Positions 1-13,057 of a stretch of DNA of 64,000 bases are shown piece by piece. The first letter of the stretch is position 1. The number at the start of each line of letters is the position of its first letter. A program made the position numbers and the translations under genes. Origin of the DNA: an uncultured delta proteobacterium (GTDB lineage Bacteria > Desulfobacterota > Binatia > UBA9968). The notes beneath the pieces are model-generated. The model saw only the letters and a program-made list of their open reading frames with translations. It was not told where the DNA came from and made no database searches. The DNA is taken from positions 96,001 to 160,000 of the forward strand of contig CAVTUQ010000008.1 of NCBI GenBank assembly GCA_963737905.1, read 5' to 3'.

Positions 1-43
1 GAAGAAACTCGAGGAGCAAGGAGCCAAAGTCGAGATCAAGTAG
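1..43 (+). CDS. rplL: 50S ribosomal protein L7/L12, 3' end (partial)
   Basis: Frame from base 2 reads KKLEEQGAKVEIK*, the typical L7/L12 C-terminus; directly upstream of rpoB. Confidence 0.93.
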   Translation, partial: KKLEEQGAKVEIK

Positions 44-116
44 TTTACGCTTTCGCGGTTTCTTTTCGGTATTCTAATGACGGGTCAATTATCGAGAGTG
101 CGATAGAGGAGCAAGC

Positions 117-3100
117 ATGCCATTTCAAGTCGCCCATAATTTACGTTTTCGCCGCACGTTCGGCAGGATCAAAAAGATTATTGATCTACCGTATCTGATT
201 GAAATACAGAAGAACTCCTACGATCAATTCTTGCAACGCGAAGTGGCTCCGGCCCAACGCCAAAATTTCGGCCTGCAGGAAGTCTTTAAATCAGTGTTTC
301 CGATTAAGGACTTCAATGAGACGGCGTCGTTGGAGTTCGTGAGCTACGCGCTCGGAGAGCCTAAGTACGACGTTGAGGAATGCCATCAACGAGGCATGAC
401 TTTCGCCGCGCCGTTAAAAGTGACGGTGCAGCTTGTCCTGTGGGACGTCGACGCGCAGACCGGCGCGCGCAGCATCAAAAACGTGAAAGAACAGGAAGTC
501 TACTTTGGTGAGATCCCCCTGATGACCAAGAACGGCACGTTCATGGTCAACGGAACCGAACGGGTTATCGTCAGCCAACTCCACCGTTCCCCGGGAGTTT
601 TCTTCGAACACGACAAAGGAAAGACTCACGCCAGCGGGAAGTTGCTCTATTCCGCCCGTGTGATCCCGTATCGAGGCTCATGGGTCGATCTAGAGTTTGA
701 CCCGCGGGACATTCTTTACGTGCGCATCGACCGCCGCCGCAAGTTCCACGCGACGGTTTTGTTGCGTGCATTGGGAATGACGACGGAGGACCTGCTAAAC
801 TATTACTATCGGAGCGACACCATCGTTTTTGATGGACGCAAGCCCGCGCTGTTGTTTAATCCGCAGCATCTCCTCGGGGCCAAGGTCGGCTCTGATATAC
901 GAGATCCGAAAACCAATGATCTGATCGTCAAGGAAGGCAAGAAATTTACCCGACCGGTTCTCCGCCAGATGGAGACCGCCCGGATCAAACAGGTGCCGAT
1001 CGGTTGGGAAGAAATCGTTGGCCGTATTGCCTCCCACGATATTGTGGATTCTCAGACGAAAGAAGTTTTCCTGGAGTGCAACCATGAGATCACACAAGAG
1101 AAGGTAGATCTTATTCGCGAACGAAGCATTCATCAGATCGAGGTCCTGTTCATTGACGAATCCAACGTCGGGCCCTATCTTCGCAATACCCTATTGCAAG
1201 ATCGAATCCGCTCCCCCCAGGATGCTATTCTCGAGATCTACCGACGGCTCCGGCCGGGAGATCCACCTACGGTCGAATCCGCGACTAACTTCTTCAATAA
1301 TCTTTTCTTTAATCCGGATCGCTACGATCTATCCAAAGTAGGCCGGCTCAAACTAAATCACCGGCTGCGACTGAATGTGCCTTTGGAGCAAGGGACGCTG
1401 CGAAAAGAAGACATACTCGAAGTGGTCCGTTATCTGATGGAGCTTAAGAATGGAAACGGCTCTGTGGATGATATCGACCACCTTGGCAATCGCCGCGTGC
1501 GGGCCGTCGGCGAGCTGGTCGAAAACCATTTCCGCGTTGGGTTAGTCAGGATGGAGCGGGCGATTAAAGAGAAGATGAGTCTGCAGGATATCGAAACTCT
1601 GATGCCTCAGGAGCTCATCAACTACAAGCCTGTTTCTGCGGCGCTCAAGGAGTTTTTCGGGTCCAGCCAGCTATCGCAATTCATGGATCAAACTAACCCC
1701 TTATCGGAAATTACCCATAAGCGGCGGCTTTCGGCCCTGGGTCCGGGTGGATTGACACGGGAACGGGCCGGGTTCGAAGTGCGCGACGTTCATCCGACGC
1801 ACTATGGCCGTGTTTGCCCGATTGAGACCCCGGAAGGACCGAACATCGGCCTAATCGCATCTTTGACAACCTATGCGAGGGTCAATGAATTTGGTTTTAT
1901 TGAGACACCGTATCGCGAGGTGGAGAACGGCCGGGTCACCGATCGGATTCGCTACTTATCGGCTCTCGAAGAAGAGGATCACGTCATCGCTCAGGCTAAC
2001 GCGCCTATTGACGGTCGGGGTGTATTTACCGCTGATCTGGTATCGGCGCGCAAGGGTGGCGAGTTCGTCATGGCACGTCCCGAAGAGGTCAATTTCATGG
2101 ACGTTTCGCCGAATCAATTGGTCAGCGTGGCCGCCTCGTTGATTCCTTTCTTGGAAAATGACGATGCCAATCGAGCCCTCATGGGATCGAACATGCAACG
2201 GCAGGCGGTTCCTTTGCTGCGGACCGAAGCTCCTTTTGTCGGTACCGGGATGGAAAAAACCGTTGCGCGGGATTCCGGGGTTACCATCGTGGCCCGGCGG
2301 GATGGTGTAGTGGAAAACGTTGATTCTACCCGGATTGTTGTCAAGGCGGACAAACCTTCCGGTGCGCGGGACACGGGTGTCGATATCTACAATCTGGTTA
2401 AGTATCAACGCTCCAATCAAAATACTTGCGTAAATCAACGACCGATTGTCGTTGTGGGTGACCAGGTGAATGCGGGTGACGTCATTGCGGACGGGCCTTC
2501 CACGGAAATGGGCGAGCTTGCGTTGGGACGCAATGTGGTGGTGGCTCTGATGCCATGGGGCGGTTATAACTTTGAGGACTCGATCCTGATCAGTGAACGG
2601 GTCGTGAAGGAAGATATCTATACGTCGATTCACATCGAAGAGTTCGAGTGTGTTTCCCGCGACACCAAGCTGGGTCCAGAAGAAATCACCCGAGACATTC
2701 CCAACGTCGGCGATGAGGCTCTCACGGACCTTGATGAGAGCGGTATTATCCGAATCGGCGCGGAAGTCAAACCTGGGGATATCCTGGTCGGAAAGATTAC
2801 TCCGAAGGGCGAAACTCAATTATCGCCTGAAGAAAAGCTGTTGCGTGCCATCTTTGGCGAGAAGGCCGGCGAGGTGAGGGATACCTCGCTGAGAGTTCCT
2901 CCGGGCGTAGAGGGGACCATTATCAACGTACGGATCTTCTCGCGCAAAGGGCTGGGTAAGGATGAAAGAAGTAGGGCGATCGAAGACGAAGAAATCACCA
3001 GGCTCAGAAAGGATCAGCATGACGAAGTCCGCATTCTTCAGGAAGGCGCGCTAAAACGGCTCAAAAAACTACTTACCGGACGACGCTTGGCGGTTCGGCT

Positions 3101-4220
3101 GAGTGACGATGGCCGCAAGATTCTTCTTAATAAGGGGAAGGAGCTTACGGAGGAAGATCTCGATCAGTTGCCGATGTCCTATTGGGGCGATATCCGAATC
3201 GATAATGAATCGGTTGAAGGGGAGCTTAATCGTATTGTCGAAAGCACCACGGAGCAAGTAAGTCTGATCAAAGATCTTTTTGAAGACAAGATCGATAAAT
3301 TGCGCGGTGGGGATGAACTCCCGCCTGGCGTTATCAAGATGGTCAAGGTTTTCGTCGCCATTAAACGGAAGCTGCAGGTGGGTGACAAAATGGCCGGGCG
3401 GCACGGGAATAAAGGGGTTATCTCGCGCATTTTGCCAGAAGAAGATATGCCGTATCTCGAGGACGGAACTCCGGTCGACGTGGTGCTCAATCCCTTGGGG
3501 GTTCCTTCTCGAATGAATGTCGGACAGATTCTCGAGGCGCATTTAGGGTGGGCGGCGAGAAGTCTCGGACAGCAGATCGACGAGTTATTGCGCGGTCATA
3601 GTGACGAGATTGATGCTATCAGGCGACGACTCAAGGAGTATTTGAATACTAAGGAGGCGAGCGAGCTGATTGAGGGAGCCAAGGAGGCCGATGTTTTCAA
3701 ACTTGCCGAAAAGTACCGCGGCGGAGTACACCTGGCATCTCCCGTGTTCGATGGGGCTGCCGAAGAAGAGACCTTCAATTTGCTCAGGAAAGCGGGATTG
3801 CCGGTAACCGGTCAAGTAACCCTGTATGACGGCCGCACCGGCGAACCGTTCGACGGTAAAGTGACCGTCGGCGTCATGTACATCATGAAACTTCACCATC
3901 TCGTGGACGACAAGATCCATGCTCGGTCCACGGGACCCTATTCACTCGTCACCCAGCAACCCCTGGGTGGAAAAGCCCAATTTGGCGGTCAGCGGCTCGG
4001 TGAAATGGAGGTGTGGGCACTGGAGGCTTATGGCGCCGCATTTACCCTTCAGGAAATGCTGACGGTGAAGTCGGATGACGTAATTGGCAGGACACGAATG
4101 TACGAGGCAATCGTCAAGGGAGACAATCTGCTTGAGCCCGGACTCCCTGAATCCTTTAACGTTATGGTAAAAGAGCTGCAGAGCTTATGCCTGGATGTCG
4201 ATTTGGTGGAAGAAAAGTAG
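117..4220 (+). CDS. rpoB: DNA-directed RNA polymerase beta subunit
   Basis: 1367 aa; [47 protein letters not shown]; SD GAGGAG. Confidence 0.99.
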   Translation: MPFQVAHNLRFRRTFGRIKKIIDLPYLIEIQKNSYDQFLQREVAPAQRQNFGLQEVFKSVFPIKDFNETASLEFVSYALGEPKYDVEECHQRGMTFAAPLKVTVQLVLWDVDAQTGARSIKNVKEQEVYFGEIPLMTKNGTFMVNGTERVIVSQLHRSPGVFFEHDKGKTHASGKLLYSARVIPYRGSWVDLEFDPRDILYVRIDRRRKFHATVLLRALGMTTEDLLNYYYRSDTIVFDGRKPALLFNPQHLLGAKVGSDIRDPKTNDLIVKEGKKFTRPVLRQMETARIKQVPIGWEEIVGRIASHDIVDSQTKEVFLECNHEITQEKVDLIRERSIHQIEVLFIDESNVGPYLRNTLLQDRIRSPQDAILEIYRRLRPGDPPTVESATNFFNNLFFNPDRYDLSKVGRLKLNHRLRLNVPLEQGTLRKEDILEVVRYLMELKNGNGSVDDIDHLGNRRVRAVGELVENHFRVGLVRMERAIKEKMSLQDIETLMPQELINYKPVSAALKEFFGSSQLSQFMDQTNPLSEITHKRRLSALGPGGLTRERAGFEVRDVHPTHYGRVCPIETPEGPNIGLIASLTTYARVNEFGFIETPYREVENGRVTDRIRYLSALEEEDHVIAQANAPIDGRGVFTADLVSARKGGEFVMARPEEVNFMDVSPNQLVSVAASLIPFLENDDANRALMGSNMQRQAVPLLRTEAPFVGTGMEKTVARDSGVTIVARRDGVVENVDSTRIVVKADKPSGARDTGVDIYNLVKYQRSNQNTCVNQRPIVVVGDQVNAGDVIADGPSTEMGELALGRNVVVALMPWGGYNFEDSILISERVVKEDIYTSIHIEEFECVSRDTKLGPEEITRDIPNVGDEALTDLDESGIIRIGAEVKPGDILVGKITPKGETQLSPEEKLLRAIFGEKAGEVRDTSLRVPPGVEGTIINVRIFSRKGLGKDERSRAIEDEEITRLRKDQHDEVRILQEGALKRLKKLLTGRRLAVRLSDDGRKILLNKGKELTEEDLDQLPMSYWGDIRIDNESVEGELNRIVESTTEQVSLIKDLFEDKIDKLRGGDELPPGVIKMVKVFVAIKRKLQVGDKMAGRHGNKGVISRILPEEDMPYLEDGTPVDVVLNPLGVPSRMNVGQILEAHLGWAARSLGQQIDELLRGHSDEIDAIRRRLKEYLNTKEASELIEGAKEADVFKLAEKYRGGVHLASPVFDGAAEEETFNLLRKAGLPVTGQVTLYDGRTGEPFDGKVTVGVMYIMKLHHLVDDKIHARSTGPYSLVTQQPLGGKAQFGGQRLGEMEVWALEAYGAAFTLQEMLTVKSDDVIGRTRMYEAIVKGDNLLEPGLPESFNVMVKELQSLCLDVDLVEEK

Positions 4221-4266
4221 GTTAACCCCAGTGAAGCCCAAACGCTAAATTCGGAGGTGGCCGTCT

Positions 4267-7200
4267 ATGGAAGATCTATTCAACTTATTTGAAAAGCCGA
4301 AAAATCCCCTGAGTTTCAATGCAATCAAAGTCTCGATCGCCTCACCCGAGAAGATCCGCTCGTGGTCTCACGGCGAGGTTAGGAAACCGGAGACGATCAA
4401 CTACAGAACTTTTAAGCCGGAAAGGGATGGCCTTTTCTGTGCCAAAATTTTTGGTCCAACCAAAGATTACGAGTGTAACTGCGGTAAATATAAGAGGATG
4501 CGGCACCGTGGCGTCGTCTGTGAAAAATGCGGCGTCGAGGTCATTCAGTCCAAAGTCCGCCGGGAGCGCATGGGTCACATCGAGTTGGCGACGCCGGTGG
4601 TCCATATTTGGTTTCTCAAGAGCTTACCCAGCCGCATCGGCGCGCTGCTGGACATGTCGCTCAAAGAAATCGAGAAAGTTCTTTACTTTGAGTCCTACAT
4701 TGTCATCGATCCGGGCGAGACACCACTCAATTACAAAGATCTCTTAACCGAGAGCCAGTATCGCAAAAAGGTCGAGGAGTATGGGGGAAGATTTATTGCC
4801 GAGATGGGAGCGGAGGCCATTCGTAAACTACTCAAAGCGGTCGACGTGGCCAAACTTTCAGAGGATTTGCGTCAGGAGATGCGCGACGCCAATTCCGAAG
4901 TGCGGCGCAAAAAAATGGCCAAGCGATTGAAGGTTATCAATGCCTTTAAGACCTCAGGTAACCGACCCGAGTGGATGGTTTTAGAGGTTATTCCGGTCAT
5001 ACCGCCCGATCTCCGGCCGCTCGTGCCACTTGATGGCGGACGGTTTGCGACCTCAGACCTGAACGATCTTTATCGTCGAGTCATCAACCGGAACAACCGT
5101 TTAAAACGGCTCATGGAACTTAGTGCGCCGGACATGATTATTCGCAACGAGAAGCGCATGCTCCAAGAGGCCGTTGACGCTCTTTTTGACAATGGCCGAC
5201 GTGGGCGCGCGATCACGGGCCAAAACCGTCGCCCGCTGAAATCTTTGAGCGACATGCTTAAGGGGAAAACCGGTCGTTTCCGACAGAACCTGCTGGGAAA
5301 AAGAGTCGACTACTCCGGCCGTTCGGTCATCGTTGTCGGTCCTGAGCTCCGGTTGCATCAGTGCGGGTTGCCGAAAAAAATGGCCCTCGAGCTGTTCAAG
5401 CCTTTCATTTATAACAAACTCGAAGAGCGTGGACTTGTTACCACGATCAAAAGCGCCAAGAAAATGGTGGAAAAGGAACGCCCGGAAGTTTGGGATATTC
5501 TCGATGAAGTGATTCGCGAGCATCCTATTCTCTTGAACCGTGCGCCCACCTTGCACCGCCTGGGTATTCAGGCTTTTGAGCCGATCCTGATCGAGGGCAA
5601 AGCGATTCAGCTCCATCCGCTGGTGTGCGCGGCTTACAACGCGGACTTTGACGGCGATCAAATGGCGGTTCACGTTCCATTATCCGTAGAGGCGCAAGTC
5701 GAAGCTCGGGCGCTGATGATGTCCACGAACAATATTCTTTCACCGGCCAATGGCAAACCGATTATCGTGCCGACGCAGGATATTGTATTGGGGCTATACT
5801 ACATGACCCGCGATAGACTCCATGCGAAAGGCAGCGGACGCATCTTTAGTAACCCAGTCGAGGTCAGGATTGCCTACGATCAAGGGGAAGTGGACCTGCA
5901 GGCACTGGTGACGGTGCGCATCAACGACGAACGTATCGAAACTACGGTGGGCCGAGTGCTTGTCTATGAGGTGGTTCCCCGGGTGATTCCCTTCAAAGAA
6001 GTCAACCGAGTGATGAAGAAAAAGGAACTGGCTAACCTGATTGACGTCAGTTTTCGATTGGCCGGGAACAAGGCCACGGTCATCTTGGCGGATCGTCTTA
6101 AGGACATTGGTTATCGTCATGCCACAAAAGCGGGAATTTCCATTGCCATTAAGGACATGGTGATTCCGCCGAGTAAGGAGCAGTTGCTGAAGAAGGCGCA
6201 TGATGATGTGCGCGAGATTGAGGAGCAATACAAAAACGGTCTTATCACCGACGGCGAGCGCTACAACAAGGTCGTCGATATTTGGGCGGAGGTTACCGAC
6301 CGAATCGCCGACGAAATGTTGCACGATTTGGGTTCGGAAAAAATGACGGATGAGTCGGGCCGGGAGATTTCGGTTCCGAGCTTTAACCCTATTTTCATGA
6401 TGGCCGACTCCGGGGCTCGCGGGAGCGCGCAACAAATTCGCCAGCTTGCCGGTATGCGTGGATTGATGGCGAAGCCCTCCGGTGAAATCATCGAGACTCC
6501 GATCACGGCGAACTTCCGCGAAGGGCTCACCGTGTTGCAATACTTCATCTCGACACACGGCGCGCGTAAGGGCCTGGCCGATACGGCTCTCAAGACCGCC
6601 AACTCAGGCTACCTTACCCGAAGGCTCGTGGACGTGGCCCAAGATGCCGTCATCGGCGAAAACGATTGCGGTACCATGGATGGTATCGAAATTACCCCGC
6701 TCATGGAGGGCGGAGAGATTATCGAACCCCTTGGAGATCGTGTTTTGGGTCGAGTCGCGCTCGAAGACGTCAAAGATCCGTTTACGGGAGATGTCGTTGT
6801 TCAGGCCAACCAAGAGATCGATGAAGAATTAGTTCAACGTATCGAAGAGGCGGGGATCGAGCGAATCAAGATCCGATCGGTACTGACGTGTCAGTCGAAA
6901 CGTGGTGTTTGTATTCTGTGCTATGGTCGCGACCTGGGTCGGGGCCATATGGTCAACCTCGGCGAAGCGATCGGTGTCATTGCCGCGCAATCGATCGGTG
7001 AACCGGGAACACAGCTCACCATGCGGACTTTCCATATTGGTGGGACGGCAAGCCGTAGGGCGGAACAAACCACATTGGAATCCCGAAACGATGGCTCTGT
7101 GAAGTTTGTCAACGTGAGCACGGTCACCAATAAGGAAGGCGATCTCGTGGTGATGAATCGCAACGGGGAAATCGCCATCGTCGATTATCCGGAAGGTGAG

Positions 7201-8394
7201 AAAGGACGAGAGCGAGAAAGGGAGCGTTATCCCGTTGTCTATGGCGCGAAATTGAAAAGAAAAGACGGCGCCAAGATCAAAGCCGGCGAGCTGTTAGCCG
7301 AATGGGATCCCTATACCATTCCAATCCTCACAGAAGTCGCAGGTGCGGTCAAGTTCGGCGACGTTATTGAAGGTGTGACGATGGAAGAAAAGGTCGATGA
7401 GCGGACCGGATTGTCCACGAAAGTGATCATCGACTCCAAGGACGTGGACAAACGGCCGAGAATCTCCATTAAAAATATCGAGGGGCAGACGGCTCGGCTG
7501 TCCGCAACTTCCGAAGCGCGCTATCTCTTGCCCGTGGGTGCTCATATCAACGTTCAAGACAGTCAAACCGTCGACGCGGGTGATGTCCTGGCAAAGATTC
7601 CGCGAGAAACCACCAAAACCAAAGATATCACAGGCGGACTTCCTCGCGTGGCCGAGCTCTTTGAGGCACGCAAGCCGAAAGAATTTGCCGTCATCAGTGA
7701 AATCGACGGAGTCGTTTCATTCGGTAAAGATACCAAGGGTAAACGAAAGGTTGTCGTGACGCCGGAAGTCGGCGAGCCCAGGGAGTATCTCATTCCTAAA
7801 GGGAAGCACATTAGTGTTCATGAAGGGGATCGTATTCGGGCAGGAGAAGCTCTCATGGACGGGTCTTCCAACCCACATGACATCCTTAATATTTTGGGCG
7901 AGAAGGCGCTCGCCAAGTATCTCGTTGATGAAGTACAAGAGATCTATCGTTTGCAGGGCGTTCGCATCAATGACAAGCATATTGAAGTCATCGTGCGCCA
8001 GATGCTGCGACGGGTCCGCATCAAGGAAGTGGGCGATACCGATTTCTTGGTTGGAGATCAGGTCGAAAAGTGGCGATTTGATGATGAGAACCAAAGGGCG
8101 ATTATGCAAAATGGCAAGCCGGCCGTAGCAGAGCCTCTTCTTCTAGGAATCACCAAAGCCTCGCTTTCCACTGAAAGTTTTATCTCGGCTGCGTCGTTCC
8201 AGGAGACCACGAAAGTTCTCACCGAAGCGGCGATTCACGGGAAGATTGATCTTCTCTGCGGTCTCAAAGAGAACGTGATTATGGGACGGCTGATCCCTGC
8301 CGGCACAGGCCTGGCAAGATACTCCAAGGCGGAGATCGAAATCGAAGAGCCAGAGGGGAGCGAAGGAGAAATTCCGCAGGTCGCAGAGGCTTGA
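4267..8394 (+). CDS. rpoC: DNA-directed RNA polymerase beta' subunit
   Basis: 1375 aa; [12 protein letters not shown] active site, N-terminal Zn ribbon; SD GGAGGT. Confidence 0.99.
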   Translation: MEDLFNLFEKPKNPLSFNAIKVSIASPEKIRSWSHGEVRKPETINYRTFKPERDGLFCAKIFGPTKDYECNCGKYKRMRHRGVVCEKCGVEVIQSKVRRERMGHIELATPVVHIWFLKSLPSRIGALLDMSLKEIEKVLYFESYIVIDPGETPLNYKDLLTESQYRKKVEEYGGRFIAEMGAEAIRKLLKAVDVAKLSEDLRQEMRDANSEVRRKKMAKRLKVINAFKTSGNRPEWMVLEVIPVIPPDLRPLVPLDGGRFATSDLNDLYRRVINRNNRLKRLMELSAPDMIIRNEKRMLQEAVDALFDNGRRGRAITGQNRRPLKSLSDMLKGKTGRFRQNLLGKRVDYSGRSVIVVGPELRLHQCGLPKKMALELFKPFIYNKLEERGLVTTIKSAKKMVEKERPEVWDILDEVIREHPILLNRAPTLHRLGIQAFEPILIEGKAIQLHPLVCAAYNADFDGDQMAVHVPLSVEAQVEARALMMSTNNILSPANGKPIIVPTQDIVLGLYYMTRDRLHAKGSGRIFSNPVEVRIAYDQGEVDLQALVTVRINDERIETTVGRVLVYEVVPRVIPFKEVNRVMKKKELANLIDVSFRLAGNKATVILADRLKDIGYRHATKAGISIAIKDMVIPPSKEQLLKKAHDDVREIEEQYKNGLITDGERYNKVVDIWAEVTDRIADEMLHDLGSEKMTDESGREISVPSFNPIFMMADSGARGSAQQIRQLAGMRGLMAKPSGEIIETPITANFREGLTVLQYFISTHGARKGLADTALKTANSGYLTRRLVDVAQDAVIGENDCGTMDGIEITPLMEGGEIIEPLGDRVLGRVALEDVKDPFTGDVVVQANQEIDEELVQRIEEAGIERIKIRSVLTCQSKRGVCILCYGRDLGRGHMVNLGEAIGVIAAQSIGEPGTQLTMRTFHIGGTASRRAEQTTLESRNDGSVKFVNVSTVTNKEGDLVVMNRNGEIAIVDYPEGEKGRERERERYPVVYGAKLKRKDGAKIKAGELLAEWDPYTIPILTEVAGAVKFGDVIEGVTMEEKVDERTGLSTKVIIDSKDVDKRPRISIKNIEGQTARLSATSEARYLLPVGAHINVQDSQTVDAGDVLAKIPRETTKTKDITGGLPRVAELFEARKPKEFAVISEIDGVVSFGKDTKGKRKVVVTPEVGEPREYLIPKGKHISVHEGDRIRAGEALMDGSSNPHDILNILGEKALAKYLVDEVQEIYRLQGVRINDKHIEVIVRQMLRRVRIKEVGDTDFLVGDQVEKWRFDDENQRAIMQNGKPAVAEPLLLGITKASLSTESFISAASFQETTKVLTEAAIHGKIDLLCGLKENVIMGRLIPAGTGLARYSKAEIEIEEPEGSEGEIPQVAEA

Positions 8395-8399
8395 GCTCT

Positions 8400-8428
8400 T
8401 TGACAATGGTGATTTTATTTGTTAATTA
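8400..8428 (+). promoter_or_regulatory. putative sigma70 promoter of the str operon
   Basis: Perfect TTGACA at 8400-8405 followed by an AT-rich TGTTAATTA -10-like region; -10 match imperfect. Confidence 0.55.
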
Positions 8429-8463
8429 AAAAGTTTTTCTAAGGAGTTGTCCGAATAGCCGCT

Positions 8464-8835
8464 ATGCCTACTATTAGTCAACTAGTCCGCGAGAGCAGAG
8501 AGAAGCAGCGCCGCAAGAATACGGCGCCAGCCCTGCAAGGTTGTCCTCAGAAGCGAGGGGTATGCACCCGCGTCTACACATCCACCCCCAAAAAACCGAA
8601 CTCTGCGCTGCGAAAAGTTGCCCGGGTCCGGCTCACGAATGGGATCGAAGTCACTTCTTATATTCCCGGTGTCGGACATAATTTGCAAGAGCATTCTGTC
8701 GTGCTTATCCGAGGAGGTCGTGTCAAAGATCTCCCTGGCGTTCGCTATCACATCATTCGTGGAACTTTGGATTCCATTGGGGTTCAGGAAAGGCGACAGG
8801 GGCGTTCCAAGTACGGAGCGAAGAGACCGAAATAA
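8464..8835 (+). CDS. rpsL: 30S ribosomal protein S12
   Basis: [30 protein letters not shown]. Confidence 0.99.
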   Translation: MPTISQLVRESREKQRRKNTAPALQGCPQKRGVCTRVYTSTPKKPNSALRKVARVRLTNGIEVTSYIPGVGHNLQEHSVVLIRGGRVKDLPGVRYHIIRGTLDSIGVQERRQGRSKYGAKRPK

Positions 8836-8841
8836 AGTCAT

Positions 8842-9312
8842 ATGCCGCGCAAAGGGGAAGTTAGAAAAAGAGAAGTCTTGCCTGACCCGAAATATGGGGA
8901 CAAACTGGTGGCTAAGTTTGTCAACACGATCATGGGTCAGGGCAAGAAGAGTGTGGCGGAGTCGATTTTCTATCACTCGCTCAACATCGTGACCGAAAAG
9001 ACCAAAGAAGATTCCTTGGGGATTTTTAAGAGAGCGATTGAAAATACCCGACCCACGGTGGAAGTTCGGTCGCGTCGTGTGGGGGGGGCGACTTATCAGG
9101 TGCCGATTGAAGTCAGACCCCAAAGACGTCTTTCGCTGAGCATGCGCTGGCTGATCCAGTCTGCCCGCGAGCGCGGGGAGAAATCGATGGAAGAAAAATT
9201 GGCTGCAGAGTTTATCGATGCGGCCAATAATCGGGGCACGGCAATAAAAAAGAAGGAAGATACCCATCGGATGGCGGAGGCGAATCGCGCCTTTGCGCAT
9301 TACCGGTGGTAA
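8842..9312 (+). CDS. rpsG: 30S ribosomal protein S7
   Basis: [27 protein letters not shown]. Confidence 0.99.
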   Translation: MPRKGEVRKREVLPDPKYGDKLVAKFVNTIMGQGKKSVAESIFYHSLNIVTEKTKEDSLGIFKRAIENTRPTVEVRSRRVGGATYQVPIEVRPQRRLSLSMRWLIQSARERGEKSMEEKLAAEFIDAANNRGTAIKKKEDTHRMAEANRAFAHYRW

Positions 9313-9331
9313 CTAGGTTAGAGATGTAGCA

Positions 9332-9369
9332 GGAAAAAAGGAGGCGGTTAGACCGCCTCCTTTTTTTCC
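9332..9369 (+). terminator. intrinsic terminator/attenuator-like hairpin between rpsG and fusA
   Basis: GGAAAAAAGGAGGCGGT-TAG-ACCGCCTCCTTTTTTTCC: near-perfect inverted repeat with GC stem and 7-T tail. Confidence 0.75.
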
Positions 9370-9382
9370 AGTGATAGGCAGA

Positions 9383-11479
9383 ATGGCAAGATCAGTTCCA
9401 TTAGAGAAAACCCGCAATATCGGCATCATGGCCCACATTGATGCCGGTAAGACAACCACCACCGAGAGGATCCTGTATTACACCGGGATCAACTACAAGA
9501 TCGGTGAGGTTCACGAGGGCACTGCCACCATGGATTGGATGGTTCAAGAGCAGGAACGCGGGATCACGATTACATCGGCAGCGACGACCTGTTTGTGGCG
9601 CGATCATCGTGTCAACATTATCGACACTCCTGGTCACGTTGATTTTACCATCGAAGTGGAGCGTTCCCTCAGGGTGCTTGACGGGGCGGTGGCGGTTTTT
9701 TGTTCCGTGGGTGGCGTCGAGCCGCAAACTGAAACCGTTTGGCGCCAGGCTGATAAATACGGTGTTCCTAGGATCGCGTTCGTCAACAAGATGGATCGTC
9801 TAGGGGCTGACTTCTTCCGTGTGGTCAAGATGATCGAGGATCGTCTGGGAGCACGACCGGTGGCCTTGCAATTGCCCATCGGGTCTGAAGAGAAATTTGC
9901 TGGAGTCATCGACTTAGTCCAGATGAAAGCAGTGATTTGGGAAGACGATAGCTTAGGGGCCAAATTCCGAGTCGAAGCGATTCCGGAGAGTATGATAGCG
10001 GAGGCTCGGCAGTATCACGACAAGCTTCTGGAAGCCGTTGCCGACTGTGATGAAAGCATCATGGAGAAATACCTCGAAGGAGGGGAGATTGGCGAGAGCG
10101 AACTCCGCCGAGCTATTCGCAACGCGGCCCTTGCCATCAAGCTCGTCCCGGTTCTGTGCGGCTCGGCTTTCCGAAACAAGGGTGTTCAGCCGCTGCTCGA
10201 TGCCGTGGTGGACTACCTTCCGTCGCCTTTGGATATACCTCCGGTGAAAGGGATCAATCCAGACTCTCAGGCGTTGGAAGAACGTCCGGCAAAAGATGAT
10301 GCGCCATTTTCAGCACTCGCTTTCAAGATCATGACAGATCCGTTCGTCGGGACGTTGAGCTTCTTTCGAGTCTATTCGGGTTCGTTGACTTCCGGTGCGG
10401 GCATCTATAATTCAACCAAGAGCAAACGAGAAAGGATTGGTCGACTTCTCAAAATGCACGCTAACAAACGGGAGGAGATCAAGGAGGTTTACGCGGGCGA
10501 TATCGCCGCCGCGGTGGGACTAAGAACAGCCACGACAGGGGATACGCTTTGTGATGAAAGCCATCCAATCATTTTAGAATCCATTGATTTTCCAGACCCG
10601 GTTATCTCTATTGCGATTGAGCCCAAGAGCAAGGCGGATCAAGAGCGACTGGGTCTGTCGCTTCAGAAGCTTGCGACTGAAGATCCCTCTTTTAGAGTTC
10701 GCACCGACGAAGAAACTGGCCAGACCATCATATCCGGCATGGGCGAGCTCCATTTGGAAATCATCGTCGATCGATTGCTGCGGGAATTCAACGTCGGAGC
10801 GAATGTCGGAAAGCCTCAGGTCGCATACAAGGAGACAATCCGTAAGGCCGTGGAGCAACAAGGAAGGTTCGTTCGTCAAACGGGTGGTCGGGGGCAGTAC
10901 GGCGACGTCTGGATTAAGCTCGAACCGTTAGCACCTGGAAGCGGGTTCGAGTTTGTCGATGCTGTTAAAGGGGGCTCGATCCCTCGAGAGTACATTCCAG
11001 CAGTCGAAAAGGGTGTTCGTGAAGCGACGGAAAATGGAGCTCTCGCGGGTTATCCTATGGTGGACTTGCAGGTGACCCTCTTCGACGGTAGCTATCACGA
11101 TGTCGATTCCTCGGAAATCGCTTTCAAAATTGCCGGTTCCATGGCGCTTAAAGCGGCGGCACGCAAAGCAAACCCAGTTCTTCTAGAGCCCATTATGGCT
11201 GTGGAAGTGGTGGTGCCAGAGGCTTTTATGGGCGATGTCATCGGTGACATCAACTCGCGGCGAGGGAAAGTCCTGGGAATGGACACGCGGCCGGCCGCTC
11301 AGGCGATCGACGCACGTGTTCCTCTGGCCGAGATGTTTGGTTACGCCACGGATCTGCGATCTATGACGCAGGGAAGAGCAACATACACGATGCAGTTTTC
11401 ACATTACGAACCGGTGCCCGCGGTCGTAGCCGAAGGTATCGTCGCCAAATATGACGGCGGTGCGAAGAAAGAGCTATGA
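9383..11479 (+). CDS. fusA: elongation factor G
   Basis: [34 protein letters not shown]; ATG at 9383 preferred over GTG at 9371. Confidence 0.99.
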   Translation: MARSVPLEKTRNIGIMAHIDAGKTTTTERILYYTGINYKIGEVHEGTATMDWMVQEQERGITITSAATTCLWRDHRVNIIDTPGHVDFTIEVERSLRVLDGAVAVFCSVGGVEPQTETVWRQADKYGVPRIAFVNKMDRLGADFFRVVKMIEDRLGARPVALQLPIGSEEKFAGVIDLVQMKAVIWEDDSLGAKFRVEAIPESMIAEARQYHDKLLEAVADCDESIMEKYLEGGEIGESELRRAIRNAALAIKLVPVLCGSAFRNKGVQPLLDAVVDYLPSPLDIPPVKGINPDSQALEERPAKDDAPFSALAFKIMTDPFVGTLSFFRVYSGSLTSGAGIYNSTKSKRERIGRLLKMHANKREEIKEVYAGDIAAAVGLRTATTGDTLCDESHPIILESIDFPDPVISIAIEPKSKADQERLGLSLQKLATEDPSFRVRTDEETGQTIISGMGELHLEIIVDRLLREFNVGANVGKPQVAYKETIRKAVEQQGRFVRQTGGRGQYGDVWIKLEPLAPGSGFEFVDAVKGGSIPREYIPAVEKGVREATENGALAGYPMVDLQVTLFDGSYHDVDSSEIAFKIAGSMALKAAARKANPVLLEPIMAVEVVVPEAFMGDVIGDINSRRGKVLGMDTRPAAQAIDARVPLAEMFGYATDLRSMTQGRATYTMQFSHYEPVPAVVAEGIVAKYDGGAKKEL

Positions 11480-11784
11480 ACGAGAAGATCAGGATTCGGC
11501 TCAAAGCCTATGACCACCGCGTGCTGGACCAGTCGGTGGGCGAAATAGTCGAGACCGTCAAGCGTACGGGGGGGAGGGTCGCGGGCCCGATTCCGCTGCC
11601 AACTCGAATCGAGCGTTTCACCGTGAACCGCTCACCTCATGTCGATAAGAAGTCGCGGGATCAGTACGAGATCCGGACGCACAAGAGACTTCTCGATATT
11701 TTGGAGCCGACCCAACAAACCATCGATGCGTTGGGGAAGTTGGATATTGCGGCTGGCGTGGATGTGGAAATAAAGCTCCAGTAA
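11476..11784 (+). CDS. rpsJ: 30S ribosomal protein S10
   Basis: [28 protein letters not shown]; ATGA overlap with fusA stop. Confidence 0.99.
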   Translation: MNEKIRIRLKAYDHRVLDQSVGEIVETVKRTGGRVAGPIPLPTRIERFTVNRSPHVDKKSRDQYEIRTHKRLLDILEPTQQTIDALGKLDIAAGVDVEIKLQ

Positions 11785-11824
11785 CCAGGGGGTCGATCAA
11801 CGCTCCTTTCTTGGAAAGCTTTTT

Positions 11825-12457
11825 ATGACAGGCCTTATCGGAAAAAAAGTCGGCATGACGCAATTCTACAACGCGGAAGGAAATGTCATTCCGGTGACGG
11901 TTATCCAGACGGGCCCGTGCGTTGTCGTGCAGAAGAAAGAGAGTGCCAAAGACGGGTACAATGCGATCCAAGTGGGCTTCGGTAGCAAGAAGAATCAGCG
12001 CGTCAACAAGCCAGAGCAGGGCCATATGGCCAAGGCCGGTAAGGGGGCGTTCGAAGTTTTGAAGGAATTTCGTTTGGACGATGTGTCGGAATTTCAAGTC
12101 GGGCAGGAGATCAAGGCGGTCGATCTGTTTAAGGCGGGGGATCGCATCGATGTATCCGGAACGTCAAAGGGGCACGGATTTACCGGCGTAATCAAGCGCT
12201 GGTCGTTCGCCGGATTCCCGGGGTCTCACGGTACCCACGAGTACTTTCGTCACGGCGGGTCCATCGGTAACCGTTCCTATCCGGGTCGAGTCCGGAAAGG
12301 AAAAAAAATGGCCGGTCATTGGGGCAACGAACAGATCTCAGTGCAAAACCTCGAGGTCGTAGACATCCGGCCTGAAAATAATCTGTTGCTGGTAAAGGGG
12401 GCGGTCCCTGGGGCCAAGCAGGGAATCGTCGTTGTGCGGCGAGCGGTGAAGGGGTAA
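11825..12457 (+). CDS. rplC: 50S ribosomal protein L3
   Basis: GKKVGMTQ, GTSKGHGFTGVIKRW, PGRVRKGKKMAGH. Confidence 0.99.
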   Translation: MTGLIGKKVGMTQFYNAEGNVIPVTVIQTGPCVVVQKKESAKDGYNAIQVGFGSKKNQRVNKPEQGHMAKAGKGAFEVLKEFRLDDVSEFQVGQEIKAVDLFKAGDRIDVSGTSKGHGFTGVIKRWSFAGFPGSHGTHEYFRHGGSIGNRSYPGRVRKGKKMAGHWGNEQISVQNLEVVDIRPENNLLLVKGAVPGAKQGIVVVRRAVKG

Positions 12458-12460
12458 ACC

Positions 12461-13057
12461 ATGGAAGTTCACGTGATCCAGCCGGAACTCAAAGAAGAAA
12501 TATTCGGCGTGAAGACGCGGCCTCACCTTCTACATCAAACTGTCGTCATGCAACTCAATAATCGGCGCGCGGGTACGGCGGCCACCAAATCCAAGGGGTG
12601 GGTGCGCGGGGGCGGAAAGAAACCGTGGCGACAGAAGGGTACGGGTCGAGCGCGCGCCGGCAGCATACGATCTCCGCTCTGGGTTGGAGGGGGCACGATC
12701 TTTGGACCACAACCTCGGGACTATTCGTTTCGTATGCCGCGCAAGGCACGCAAGGAAGCTCTGGTCTCGGCGCTCAGCCTGAAGCACCGTGACGGCAAGA
12801 TTATCGTAGTCGATAAACTAGAGCTTGAAGAAGCGAAAACCAAACTCATGGTGAAAGCTTTGGCGGAGCTCAAGGTCACCAGCGCCCTGATTGTGATTCC
12901 GCAGCCGGATGAAAAGATCGAGCGCTCATCGCGCAATCTTCCGGCACTCAAAGTGCTGCGGGTCGAAGGTCTGAATGTCTACGATCTGCTCCGCTACGAA
13001 CATCTCATTTTGACGGAGGGGGCTCTGAAGCTGCTGGAAGAGAGGTTGGCTGCATGA
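12461..13057 (+). CDS. rplD: 50S ribosomal protein L4
   Basis: GGGKKPWRQKGTGRARAGSIRSP; short N-terminus. Confidence 0.98.
   Translation: MEVHVIQPELKEEIFGVKTRPHLLHQTVVMQLNNRRAGTAATKSKGWVRGGGKKPWRQKGTGRARAGSIRSPLWVGGGTIFGPQPRDYSFRMPRKARKEALVSALSLKHRDGKIIVVDKLELEEAKTKLMVKALAELKVTSALIVIPQPDEKIERSSRNLPALKVLRVEGLNVYDLLRYEHLILTEGALKLLEERLAA

Noticed and set aside
1650-1860. Possible rifampicin-resistance substitutions in RpoB (and streptomycin sites in RpsL)
   Set aside because: The RRDR reads as the usual sensitive-type sequence; RpsL PKKPNS and RVKDLP are canonical
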